Shown piece by piece: positions 20,074 to 30,110 of a stretch of 64,000 nucleotides of DNA. The stretch covers positions 496,001 to 560,000 of the forward strand of contig JAQOWU010000003.1 in the NCBI GenBank assembly GCA_030867685.1, in the 5' to 3' direction. The position numbers were made by a program, and so were the translations under genes. Origin of the DNA: Wickerhamiella versatilis (lineage: Eukaryota). Numbering within the stretch: position 1 is the stretch's first letter; each line of letters starts with the position of its first letter. The notes below the pieces were generated by a model, which saw only the letters and a list, made by a program, of their open reading frames with translations, did no database searches and was not told the DNA's origin.

Positions 20074-20688
20074 TCAGGTAGATCCTCGGTTCTTTGACAT
20101 TCGTGATCTTCCTGTATTCTTATTATTGTTGGAACCCCCTCCGCCGAAATCCGGCGCCTGGGGCATATTGGGAAGATCGATATGATATACAGTTTCAACC
20201 TTGTGGAAAGCAGTGGAGATGGTATGAGCAATGTCTGAGATTGAGCCATATACTGCTGTGGGCTCATTGCTTGGTACGACATCAAAAGCCCGGAGTTCTA
20301 TGGAACGTACGACCGGCGCGAGACTTTGCAGGTCATTACTTACAATATTTTTCACAGAAAGAGCATCAAAGTCCTGCGCTTTGAGAGTCAATTGGGCTAG
20401 GAGTCGCGAAAGTGATGAAGACAAAGGATATAGCGCGTCAACCACATTTCTAGTTAATTCATCTGAGAGGCGATTTACATTATGAAATGCATCATTCAAG
20501 TCGTGTGCCGCACTTGATAAGGGGTTAAAATCGCTTTGGATCGACAACGCATATTGAAGGCCAGACTGGGAGTTGAAAGACGACACCATTGCTTCCATCG
20601 AGTTCACATCGTTCCGGAGAATATGCACCGAGCTCACAAGGTCGACAGCAGCAGCAGCAAGACTCAAAGTACTAATAAGTACCAACAT
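20074..20688 (-). CDS. Secreted HsbA-like (hydrophobic surface binding) helical protein
   Basis: Signal peptide, amphipathic helices, an L..LTLKAQDF..L.V..IV..DLQSL pattern and I..AF......Y at the domain end. Confidence 0.6.
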   Translation of the reverse strand: MLVLISTLSLAAAAVDLVSSVHILRNDVNSMEAMVSSFNSQSGLQYALSIQSDFNPLSSAAHDLNDAFHNVNRLSDELTRNVVDALYPLSSSLSRLLAQLTLKAQDFDALSVKNIVSNDLQSLAPVVRSIELRAFDVVPSNEPTAVYGSISDIAHTISTAFHKVETVYHIDLPNMPQAPDFGGGGSNNNKNTGRSRMSKNRGST

Positions 20689-20767
20689 AATAGAGCTGTC
20701 AGCTCAGATGCCTTTTTATGCTGCCATTTGGTATTAGGTTAAGCTTGGCCAGCCCTAATCCTTAGCA

Positions 20768-21166
20768 TCACGACAACATTATAGAGCAACGGGGCAGCGA
20801 GAGACGGACAACCGTGGTCTTGCCTAATGGGATTAATTTGCAAAATAGGGGGTCTTTTTCCCCGATGTACTGAATGACTTTAGATGCTTCTCCAACACTC
20901 AACGACGTTATTAGACTATCCTGAACCTTGAGTGACAGTTCATGCAGCGACCAAACTTCCTGAGTGAGCCGAAGGTCGTTTAAAACTCGGCGTACTTGAG
21001 GAACACGCGCCTCAAGAAACAGCGACTCACGTGCTCTCCTGCCAGCAGGAGAGGAATATACTGTCCGGGCACGTTCCTTCGCACGGATACGTTCAAGTAA
21101 AGTTCCAGCTTTTCTGATATTCTTTTCGGGAGGAGGAGTACGCAGTAACTCAAGTTTGCCAGACAT
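20768..21166 (-). CDS. Cdt1 C-terminal-domain-only protein
   Basis: TLLERIRAKE, then SL.EL..KVQDSL...LS..EA...I..I....P.FC...LG..TVVRL (Cdt1 C-terminal winged helix). MCB elements lie just upstream. Confidence 0.65.
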   Translation of the reverse strand: MSGKLELLRTPPPEKNIRKAGTLLERIRAKERARTVYSSPAGRRARESLFLEARVPQVRRVLNDLRLTQEVWSLHELSLKVQDSLITSLSVGEASKVIQYIGEKDPLFCKLIPLGKTTVVRLSLPRCSIMLS

Positions 21167-21186
21167 TTACTCCGTAAATTGTTGGA

Positions 21187-21197
21187 ACGCGTCGCGT
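21187..21197. promoter_or_regulatory. Tandem MCB (G1/S) elements
   Basis: ACGCGTCGCGT, 21-31 bp upstream of the Cdt1-like ATG. Confidence 0.5.
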
Positions 21198-21952
21198 CTC
21201 TGATTATATAATAAATCACCTTTCGATTGTCTGGAGCTCCTAACCCTGTATATGACAGGATTCATTTGGGTGCGTATGCAAATGTATAACTACTCGTCAA
21301 ACCCATCAGTGTAATGCATGTTACTCCCAACAACCTCTTGTAGGCTCCTTGGAAGAAGGACTAGGTGGGTGTACTAGGAGTATTAAAGCCTCCCCAGTCT
21401 CAATGTGCACGTATAGCCCATCGAACCCATCTAACATTATGGATTTGCTGTCTTCATTCGCCCTGGTATTGCAAGCGTTAAACATGCACTAACATGCAAA
21501 CAGAAATACTCACTCGTTGACTGGTTTAGCAACTTTTTGAATATTCCCCAGCCTAGGTGGGTAGTGCTAACTAAGCGGATCCAACAGGTGTAACCCGGAC
21601 TTCCTTCTTTTTAAGACAGCTAGTTATTTTGAGTGGATATTAGCGATCATTCTGGGTACATGTAAAGAGAAGACGGCATGCAAATACTTAGGGAGACAAT
21701 ACGGCGACCAATTCCTGCACTGAGTGTACATGGTGTATATACCTTGATAGCAGCAATATCCATGGTATCACGTGAAGGTGAACTTTCGATGTCCATACCA
21801 ATTAAATACATCTAAGAATCTCCACAATTGTAGGAGCTGACGAAGCACGATGGCTCCGAGCCTGAGTGGCGACCCTAACCCGCATTACTGGAAAATTCTA
21901 CCGATGGGACCTTATATAATTCGAAGCAACTCTTTCGCTGCAAAATTCAAGT

Positions 21953-23887
21953 ATGTTGCGTTCGTTTACTCGACGTGCTGTGCCGAGCCTTTCTCGGTTC
22001 GCACGCATGAACAGCACCAAAGTTCAAGGCACTGTTATCGGTATTGACCTTGGTACCACCAACAGCGCTGTTGCTGTGATGGAGGGTAAGATTCCCAAGG
22101 TCATTGAGAACGCCGAAGGTTCCCGCACTACACCTAGTGTTGTCGCCTTCACTAAGGAGGGTGAGCGTCTCGTTGGTGTGCCAGCCAAGCGTCAGGCTGT
22201 GGTGAACCCGGAGAACACCCTGTTTGCCACCAAGCGTTTGATCGGCCGTCGGTTTGAGGATGCTGAGGTACAGAAGGACATTAAGGAAGTACCTTATAAG
22301 ATCGTTAAGCATGGCAATGGCGACGCTTGGGTTCATGTTCGTGGTAACGACTATTCTCCCCAGCAGATTGGAGGATTCATTTTGAACAAGATGAAGGAGA
22401 CTGCTGAGACCTACCTCGGTAAGTCCAGCAAGAACGCTGTCGTCACTGTTCCTGCCTACTTCAACGACGCGCAGCGCCAGGCTACCAAGGACGCTGGTCA
22501 GATTGTCGGCCTTAACGTTCTCCGTGTCGTCAACGAGCCCACTGCTGCCGCCCTGGCCTATGGTCTCGAAAAGAATGATGACAAGATCATTGCAGTTTTC
22601 GACCTTGGTGGTGGTACCTTCGATATCTCTGTTCTAGAGATCCAGAAGGGTGTTTTCGAGGTCAAGTCTACCAACGGTGATACCCATCTTGGTGGTGAGG
22701 ACTTCGACATTGCCTTGGTCCGTGACATTGTCGGCAGATTTAAGAAGGACTCTGGTATTGATCTGAGCGGCGACCGTATGGCCATCCAGCGTATCCGTGA
22801 GGCCGCTGAGAAGGCTAAGACGGAGCTTTCTTCCAGTTCTAAGACTGAAATTAACCTCCCTTTCATCACTGCTGACGCCTCTGGTCCAAAGCATATCAAC
22901 GAGTCGTACACTCGTGCTCAGTTCGAGAAATTGGTTGACCCGTTGATCAAGCGTACCGTCGACCCAGTCAAGGCTGCTCTCAAGGACGCTGACCTTAGCT
23001 CTTCTGGTGTTAACGAGGTCATCCTTGTCGGTGGTATGACCCGTATGCCTAAGGTTGTTGAGACTGTTAAGAACACCTTCAACCGTGAACCCAACCGCAG
23101 TGTCAACCCAGATGAGGCAGTGGCTATCGGTGCTGCCATTCAGGGTGCTGTCCTCAGCGGTGAGGTACAGGATGTGCTTCTTCTCGATGTGACTCCCCTT
23201 TCTCTCGGTATCGAGACCCTTGGTGGCGTTTTCACTCGCCTGATTGGCCGTAACACCACCATCCCAACACGTAAGTCTCAGGTGTTCTCAACTGCTGCAG
23301 CTGGTCAGACTTCTGTTGAGATCCGGGTCTACCAGGGTGAGCGTGAGCTTGTCCGTGACAATAAGTTGATTGGTAACTTCACTTTGGGTGGAATTCCCCC
23401 TGCCCCTAAGGGTGTTCCTCAAATTGAGGTCACTTTCGACATTGACGCTGATGGTATCATCAACGTCTCTGCTCGCGACAAGGGCACCAACAAGGATGCG
23501 GCTATCACCGTCGCTGGCTCTTCTGGTCTGAGTGAGACCGAGATTGAGAACATGGTGAAGGACGCTGAGAAATACGCTGAGTCCGACAAGGCTCGTCGTG
23601 AGCTTATCGACGGTGCCAACCGTGCCGACGGTGCTGCCAATGACATTGAGGGCAGCCTCAACGAGTACCGTCAACAGTTGGATGAGACCGACGCTAAGGA
23701 ACTCGAGGCGAAGCTTAATGAAGTCCGTGAGATCGCTGCTCGTGCTCAGGCCGGTGATGAGTCTGTCGACAAGGAGCAGTTGCGCGTTAAGACTGACGAG
23801 CTTCAGAACAAGTCCCTTGAAGTATTCCGCAAGGTCTATGAGAACAAGGCGAAGGACAACAACGGTTCTGAAAACAAATCCGAGTAA
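21953..23887 (+). CDS. SSC1: Mitochondrial Hsp70
   Basis: Presequence, [17 protein letters not shown] and ADASGPKH. Strong codon bias. TATA and GAAnnTTC upstream (21891-21920). Confidence 0.97.
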   Translation: MLRSFTRRAVPSLSRFARMNSTKVQGTVIGIDLGTTNSAVAVMEGKIPKVIENAEGSRTTPSVVAFTKEGERLVGVPAKRQAVVNPENTLFATKRLIGRRFEDAEVQKDIKEVPYKIVKHGNGDAWVHVRGNDYSPQQIGGFILNKMKETAETYLGKSSKNAVVTVPAYFNDAQRQATKDAGQIVGLNVLRVVNEPTAAALAYGLEKNDDKIIAVFDLGGGTFDISVLEIQKGVFEVKSTNGDTHLGGEDFDIALVRDIVGRFKKDSGIDLSGDRMAIQRIREAAEKAKTELSSSSKTEINLPFITADASGPKHINESYTRAQFEKLVDPLIKRTVDPVKAALKDADLSSSGVNEVILVGGMTRMPKVVETVKNTFNREPNRSVNPDEAVAIGAAIQGAVLSGEVQDVLLLDVTPLSLGIETLGGVFTRLIGRNTTIPTRKSQVFSTAAAGQTSVEIRVYQGERELVRDNKLIGNFTLGGIPPAPKGVPQIEVTFDIDADGIINVSARDKGTNKDAAITVAGSSGLSETEIENMVKDAEKYAESDKARRELIDGANRADGAANDIEGSLNEYRQQLDETDAKELEAKLNEVREIAARAQAGDESVDKEQLRVKTDELQNKSLEVFRKVYENKAKDNNGSENKSE

Positions 23888-24105
23888 GTTTTGTACATAT
23901 TTGTAGATAGATTGCTTATGCGCGTATAGGCGCTATATGAACTTAGATTGATGGCTCTCGTTGAAGTTGCTTGCGTCGAATGTAGTTCGGAAATAGTTCG
24001 GTCAAGCTCTATTATTTATCGTTTTTAATTGGCCTATTTCATAAGTTTGGATAGTTAATATAGGTGTTCACACTTACCTGCTAAACGTGATTACTAATAC
24101 AGACC

Positions 24106-25710
24106 ATGCTATGGCGCCGTACACCGTCGGTGCATTGGTCTGAGGCAGATGCCCGTTGGCTTACTGCCAGCATTCTCCCTCAGCTTATTGAAAAGCATGG
24201 GAGTCAGATTTGGGCCAGTTCGCAGGCTATTGTTGATGAACGTGCAGTTGCTCATCAAATACAGTTGGACTTGGAAAATAAGGAAGACTCATCACCCGAA
24301 CTGCTTGCGGCTAAGTTGGAGGTTAACAAAGCTGTCGTATATGATATTATCAGAAAATTGAGCCTCAAAGATGTTTATGTAGGACCACATGTGGTTTTGC
24401 CTAAGCCGCGTGTGGAGAAATTGGAAGCGGAGTTGAACAAGATCACCGAGCCTGTTTCAACGTTAGCGGCATGTGAGCGCCTAGGGGTCAGTCTGGACGT
24501 ACTTGATTGGCTTGTTCGTCGAGTTACCGACCTGACTAGGTTGAACGATACCCTTATCAGAACCGATGAATACCAATCTCGACGTAGCTTACTCCATGAA
24601 AAAATCTCTCTTGCTGAAACTCCTATTGAAATTGCGTCGTTGGAGCCCAATTCAGATATTCTCCAAGCCGTATTGGCTCAAGAAAGTACCGCGGGGTCTT
24701 ATGATGCCTCCACGGGCCTCTGGACACCTACAAAATGGGTAGAAGCACGGAAAAAGCAATGCACCGATATTTTCGAAAAAAGTGGATATATATCGAACAA
24801 GGAGCTTACTGATTTTGGAGAACGCAAATCGAAGTTTGCGAAAAAAATGCATGCGGTTGAATTCGCTCGATATGTTGTAGCGCCTAGTTTTCTGGCAGGC
24901 CAGGAGCAGTTGATAAACGATGAAGTGAGTGAGAAGGGCTGGTTCGATTTGCGAACTCTCATTCTGGGTACTGAATCAGCTGCCCATATTGACATTAAAT
25001 ACCCAATCCACGAAAATTTTGTTATAAAACCATCTTTTCTTACTTCCCAAAAGGACAGTCTTTCTGAGCCTGTGTATAGTAAGGCTCTGGAGACTGCTGA
25101 ACAGCGCAGCGTGCAATATGTACCAAAGGCAAGTGACCTAAAAGTGGACCCTTCGATTCCTCGAGACTTAGCCACAATCATCGCAGAGTATTCACTGCCA
25201 TCGATCCGAGAACATTGTGTGACAGTGGCAAAAAAGATCTTGGATGCTAAGGCTGCTGATAAAGCCCGAGTAAATCAGTTAAAAGCAGCTGTATATCTTC
25301 AAGGTTTATTGAGTGTCGGTGACGAAAAATTGAGGCATATGCTTTGGGAGGAGTGGTCGCAGTATGTAGCAGAGATTGGCCCGGTGAAAAGCTTTGCACA
25401 AGCCCAGGCCCAGTATCTGGGTGAGTTTAGCCCCGAGGAAGTTAAAGAGACAGCGGACCAAATGATCGACAAGGTTCGAATGCAATTGCGCGCTGCAAAA
25501 GACCCTGCTCTCATATTACATCTGGCAATAATAGTCTATCACCACAATCACTACTCCCCAGGTGTGCTGAAGTTACGCGGTCGTATCATTCCTGCAATTC
25601 TCAAAGAATTTCATTTCCCGATTAGTTTTGTTGAGCTCAAGAATATGATTCGCCATCCTGCGCAACGTCTGATTGATCATGTCAAGAGCGATAGTATGCA
25701 TGGAGCTTAG
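24106..25710 (+). CDS. E3 UFM1-protein ligase 1 (UFL1)-like protein, N-terminally truncated
   Basis: Collinear motifs: W/LSE, tandem winged-helix spacing, LWTP..W......DIFEKSGYI..L..FG, I.DEVSEKGWFDL..L, and QL.AAKDPALILHL...L...GRIIP.I (human UFL1, from memory, has QLKVTEDPALILHL...PGRCVPQI). Confidence 0.7.
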   Translation: MLWRRTPSVHWSEADARWLTASILPQLIEKHGSQIWASSQAIVDERAVAHQIQLDLENKEDSSPELLAAKLEVNKAVVYDIIRKLSLKDVYVGPHVVLPKPRVEKLEAELNKITEPVSTLAACERLGVSLDVLDWLVRRVTDLTRLNDTLIRTDEYQSRRSLLHEKISLAETPIEIASLEPNSDILQAVLAQESTAGSYDASTGLWTPTKWVEARKKQCTDIFEKSGYISNKELTDFGERKSKFAKKMHAVEFARYVVAPSFLAGQEQLINDEVSEKGWFDLRTLILGTESAAHIDIKYPIHENFVIKPSFLTSQKDSLSEPVYSKALETAEQRSVQYVPKASDLKVDPSIPRDLATIIAEYSLPSIREHCVTVAKKILDAKAADKARVNQLKAAVYLQGLLSVGDEKLRHMLWEEWSQYVAEIGPVKSFAQAQAQYLGEFSPEEVKETADQMIDKVRMQLRAAKDPALILHLAIIVYHHNHYSPGVLKLRGRIIPAILKEFHFPISFVELKNMIRHPAQRLIDHVKSDSMHGA

Positions 25711-25938
25711 CATGACTTAAATATTTTAGTTGTCACCAGAATTGCTCTAGAGTCAATAAAGATGTTACGTTACTTGAGGAAGATTAATTCAAACCAGCAC
25801 ATTGTAAACCATAATACGGTCGATTTAGCGATTCATATCGAATCTTATGTTGATTAGTTGGTTGCAAGATTGTTAGTTAGAATCTAATATATTCGTTTAA
25901 AAATTAATTTAGTTACTAGAAGTCAGGTCCTTTTTCCA

Positions 25939-27975
25939 TCAAAATCGCACACGGGAAGTCTCCTGATAAATCTGAGCTAGCTTTTTCTGTAGAGCTGTGG
26001 CATTTTCATCAACAAATTCCAAGGAAGCCAGATGCGCATTCAAAATCTTGATTATTTGAGCTACTGGATCCTCATCCTTAATACCCTGAACATCTTGCGA
26101 AGTTCGGTTGATTTCCGTGATCACACTACCCAGGCTCGTCTCAAGGTCGTCAAGCTTACTTCCCAACGTTTCTGCCAATCCGTATGCCTCCCTTCTTTCC
26201 TGATCAACAGGTTGAAGGGCTTCTAATGAAATATTGGGCAACGCAGCAGAAGTCTGCTTCTCAAAGCGATCGAGCATTGATTCAACGTCGTCTTGCTGCT
26301 TTCCGACGTAGACAAGGATCTCATCGATCCGCGACTGTGTTTGCTCCGCCTGAGTTACTTCTGTGTACATTTCAGCAATCTGCGTGCCATTTTCAACCAA
26401 AATACGATCCCACTTCGACACATCGTCAACCTGCTCATTGAATCTTTGCACAGACTTGCTTAATGCACCCGTCCACTTGGAGACGATGTCCTCGAATGTT
26501 CTGTTTTTGAGATATTCACTAGGGCTGACTTCGAACTTCCCATCCACCGCAGCGGTTGAAGAGTTAGCAGCATCAGTACTGGCCGACGCTTGAGGTTTCT
26601 GTTCCTTCTGGCCGAATACCGATGGTTTATCTTCCTTTTTCTCGGTTTTCCCGAAGGAGAATGATCCAGAGTCCGCAGCTTTGGGCTCCGCAGCTGTGGA
26701 TGTAGCTGGCTTTTCCGAACTGCTCTTATCCTGGCCAAAACTAAAAGCCGGGGTCGAGGTTGAAGTTTTCTCGGCAGGCTTTGAATCGGTCCCACCAAAG
26801 CTGAATGCAGGTTTGTCCGCTGCTTTCTGGCCGAACGAGAAGGAGCCCGCAGCCGGAGCTTTATCATCTTTGCCTGTGCTTTCCGCAGTCTTCTGGCCCG
26901 AAGCATCACCCGGCTTACTTCCGAATGAAAAGGCTGGTGTTTCTTTTGGTTTATCCTCAGGCTTGCTTGCCCCAAAGCTGAACCCAGAAGATCCACTGGT
27001 CCCTAACTTAGCATCAGATTTAGTGGAATCCTCCTGTTTGTTTTCCGCAGGTTTTGGCGCCCCAAACAAACTGGACCCACCTGACTGGGTAGCATTTTGA
27101 TTGCTATTCTGAGTGCTTCCAAAGGAAAATCCACCCGCAGGCTTACTGTCAGACTTCTGTTGGCCGAAACTAAAGCTTGGGGTAGAGCCAGTACCTGTCT
27201 TATTTGCGTCACCGAAGCTAAAAGCTGGCTTATCCGCTGCTTTGTCTGAGGGCTTAGATTCGGTTTGCGGCGTGCTACCAAAAAGGCCAGTGGAGGAGCC
27301 TGAGCCAGTATTTGAGCCAAACAGGCCTGACCCGAGAGAGGGTGTTTTATTGTCAGTGTTTCCGAATGCATTCTTGGACTGGCCACCTGTCTGAGCACCC
27401 TGGCTCTGGGAGGAGCCAAAGAGTCCACCTCCACTGGTGCCAGTCGAGGGGGTACTACCAAACAGACCTCCAGCTGGTTTTGTGTCTTTGGAAGAGTCAG
27501 AAGTGCTAGGGTTGTTGGACTGCTGAGATCCTGATATTGATCCAAAAAGATTTGAAGACTGTTGGGTTGTGCTGTTTGAGCCAAAAAGGCTACCTGCAGG
27601 CTTACTGCTTGTTCCAAAGAGTCCTCCTCCAGAAGGTTGGGGTGCGGGTGCCGCCGAAGCGTTCGCATTGTTACTTTGTGCCGTGGACGCGGGTTTTTGA
27701 CCAAACAAACCACCAGTGCTAGCTTGGCCTGTCTGACCGAAGGCACTTCCTGCGGGCTGGCTATTGGAACTAAACAAGCTGCCTTTCGACGCACCAGCAT
27801 TACCGAAGCTGAAACCACCTGATCCAGAGCCTGCGCCAGAGCCCGAGCCCGAGCCACCTCCACTCAGACTATTCCCTGAGCTACCAAAAGAAAAAGTCGG
27901 GGTTTTATTATCACCGCCACCCGACTGTTGGCCAAAAAGGCCGCCACTACCTCCGCTCCCACCAAACGCAGACAT
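25939..27975 (-). CDS. NSP1: FG-nucleoporin Nsp1
   Basis: GLFG and KPAFSFG repeats plus a C-terminal coiled coil (LKNRTFEDIVSKW, WDRILVENG, IIKILNAHLASL). ATG at 27975. Confidence 0.94.
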   Translation of the reverse strand: MSAFGGSGGSGGLFGQQSGGGDNKTPTFSFGSSGNSLSGGGSGSGSGAGSGSGGFSFGNAGASKGSLFSSNSQPAGSAFGQTGQASTGGLFGQKPASTAQSNNANASAAPAPQPSGGGLFGTSSKPAGSLFGSNSTTQQSSNLFGSISGSQQSNNPSTSDSSKDTKPAGGLFGSTPSTGTSGGGLFGSSQSQGAQTGGQSKNAFGNTDNKTPSLGSGLFGSNTGSGSSTGLFGSTPQTESKPSDKAADKPAFSFGDANKTGTGSTPSFSFGQQKSDSKPAGGFSFGSTQNSNQNATQSGGSSLFGAPKPAENKQEDSTKSDAKLGTSGSSGFSFGASKPEDKPKETPAFSFGSKPGDASGQKTAESTGKDDKAPAAGSFSFGQKAADKPAFSFGGTDSKPAEKTSTSTPAFSFGQDKSSSEKPATSTAAEPKAADSGSFSFGKTEKKEDKPSVFGQKEQKPQASASTDAANSSTAAVDGKFEVSPSEYLKNRTFEDIVSKWTGALSKSVQRFNEQVDDVSKWDRILVENGTQIAEMYTEVTQAEQTQSRIDEILVYVGKQQDDVESMLDRFEKQTSAALPNISLEALQPVDQERREAYGLAETLGSKLDDLETSLGSVITEINRTSQDVQGIKDEDPVAQIIKILNAHLASLEFVDENATALQKKLAQIYQETSRVRF

Positions 27976-28164
27976 GCGGTGTGTATGTGTGCTTACTAAC
28001 AGAGACCTTCCACGCGGTTTAGATTCTAATACGTGAAAAGAAATATATACTGTAGACCCAGGATTTTTGAAGGCATATATAAAAAAAGAAAAAAAATATA
28101 GCATGTGAATATTATCATGTCTGAGTGAGAAAGTACGGTTCTTCAAACGTTAGATGATTATCCA

Positions 28165-28629
28165 TCAAGTAAACACGACGTTTTTCTCACTTTTTGCAGC
28201 ATTGGCTATGTACTTTGTGTGATTCCCTCTTGCCACAAGCTTTCCTGATACGTTGTCCTTTATTTCAACAAATGTGAAGGCCATGGTCCGTCCCACACGT
28301 TGGCAATAACAGTCGAGAAGAATAGTGTGACCGGGCTGCCCTCCGGCAGCGAGAAACGTCGTAGAGAGGTCCGTTGTCACTCCAGTCATAAAGTAACCGT
28401 TGGCTGCCAATGCTAATGAGCCTCCAATGTCCACAAGTGTCGACAAGACACCTCCATGAATGATTCCCAATCGGTTTGTGTGGGTCTTATCGATTTTAAG
28501 TTGTGCTTGGGCATAGTTCTGCCTGGCAGACAAAATTTGAAGGTTAGGTAGTACCGCCTTTTCTATCCCTCCACGATGGAGCATGTCACCCCACACCTGA
28601 CGAACAAAACCAACGCGCCCGATACTCAT
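28165..28629 (-). CDS. PaaI/ACOT13 hotdog thioesterase
   Basis: HTNRLGIIHGGVLSTLVDIGGSLA, GVTTDL and VARGNHTKY. Confidence 0.9.
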   Translation of the reverse strand: MSIGRVGFVRQVWGDMLHRGGIEKAVLPNLQILSARQNYAQAQLKIDKTHTNRLGIIHGGVLSTLVDIGGSLALAANGYFMTGVTTDLSTTFLAAGGQPGHTILLDCYCQRVGRTMAFTFVEIKDNVSGKLVARGNHTKYIANAAKSEKNVVFT

Positions 28630-28722
28630 AATTCTAAAGCCCTTACCACGAAGATCGAGCAGGGCGATCCAAAATTGATCGCCACGCTCCCCTGAGTTCC
28701 GAATAACTATGTATGGATAATT

Positions 28723-29267
28723 TTAGGAAGACTTACGTACCCAATCCTTCAAAACAGATGCAACAAGAGCGTGGTCATCGGCCTGTTTCAGACCGCTAAC
28801 AACCACTGCCCCCTGAATGCCCTCTGATCCCCGGACACGAATTGGGAACCCGCCGCCATGGAACGCATAATCCCTCTCAGACAAGCGATACGCAGATTCG
28901 GGAGTTCGATCCTCGATTCTCGCCTTACAGCCAAGGAAGAACGTCGAGCGATGAAATCTCAAAACAGTAGCCCGCTTGCGTTTGATCCACTCAAGGTTAT
29001 CCGGGATAACACCGGGTCTCGAACAGCACTGGAAATAGACTATTCCATCGGCGCTGCTGATACTTATAGCAACGGGTTCGCTATGAGTACGGGCTTTCTC
29101 TCGAAGAAGACACCCGATTTCAAAGGCGATATCTGCATTAAACGCATTTAGGATACTAGAGGCTTCATCCTCATCCAATTCACGAAGCTAAGTTAGTACT
29201 GTACAGACACATGAACTCGGGTGGAATTACCCGCACTTACTCCCTTATCCGCAGGTGCTGGCGCCAT
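28723..29267 (-). CDS. UPF0303/GlcG-HbpS family protein (YBR137W-like); two exons, 29267-29241 and 29187-28723
   Basis: FNADIAFEIG, PDNLEWIKRKRATVLRFHRST, YAFHGGGFPIRV and VVSGLKQADDH. Splicing keeps the frame and gives MAPAPADKG|LRELDEDE. Confidence 0.9.
29188..29240 (-). other. 53-nt spliceosomal intron
   Basis: GTAAGT...TACTAAC-TTAG on the minus strand, phase 0. It joins an upstream ATG to an exon that otherwise starts at TTG. Confidence 0.9.
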
Positions 29268-29503
29268 GATGAACTTTGTAATCAGGTTGTTTCACCCAAA
29301 CACCCGCTGTAATTGTGAATGAGACCGCGAGTACAAGATTTATTAGATAGTATTACAGGACGCTGGAAATTTCTTTCTACCGTGGATTGAGGAGCTAAAA
29401 GTTTATCTGATTCATCAATCCAGATTATACGGAGCTTGCGCTATTAAGGTAATAGGTAATCACGATAAACCTGCGCCACTGTAGTAATCGTGTACTCATA
29501 GGT

Positions 29504-29596
29504 GATGACATCATCTAACCACCTGGGGTGACTCAGGTGTGTCGTGCTTAATGAAGCCCTGGTCAAGTTCTGCATGACTATATTTAGATGACTCAT
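29504..29596. promoter_or_regulatory. Cluster of Gcn4/AP-1/CRE-like sites
   Basis: GATGACATCATC at 29504, TGACTCA at 29529 and ATGACTCAT at 29588. Confidence 0.45.
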
Positions 29597-30110
29597 ACTA
29601 ATGTGGAAAGTCAAGGAAGAAAAATCAAGGTGGGCAAGCATTGCCTGGATTTTATTATAATGTCATACGAGGAATTTCGAGAGGTTTGAACGACATGCCC
29701 GGAAATACTTCGAATATATATTCTGGAAGGCATGATATGTGAATGATCTGGGTCAGGGTAGTTAAACTGATGAAGTGGAATGCTATCCCGACTTGATGTT
29801 GTCAAGATTGAGGAGCATGGATACTTTTTAGTTTCCGCACTCTGAATATTCTGAATGGCTCTTCTACTGTTATTCTCTTTGTTTTTTGACCGATCTAAGG
29901 ACTACAATCGAAGGGGAGCGTAGGTATTATCAAGTACACTCAGCTATTTGTCATTTAGAGATTAATATGCTGCTGTCAGGCTCAAATACTTTCTCCCTAA
30001 TTGGAAATTTTAACGCTAACCTGCAAACAATTGGAATGCAAAATATTGGAACAAATTTGAATCAACTCATTTGAATCTGAGCTCAGCAAGCAGTGGTAAA
30101 AGATTTTTGA

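Noticed and set aside
16682-20688. Possible horizontally acquired bacterial operon (DAL3-YjbQ region)
   Set aside because: The genes are divergently oriented and fungal-like, so there is no operon structure.
21947-23674. Several long antisense ORFs over SSC1
   Set aside because: Known by-product of biased codon usage in Hsp70 genes.
27983-28002. GTATGT...TACTAAC-AG on the plus strand
   Set aside because: Only 20 nt long and antisense to NSP1; too short for an intron.
26032-28036. Many overlapping ORFs, up to 286 aa, over NSP1
   Set aside because: Shadow frames of the low-complexity FG-repeat coding sequence.
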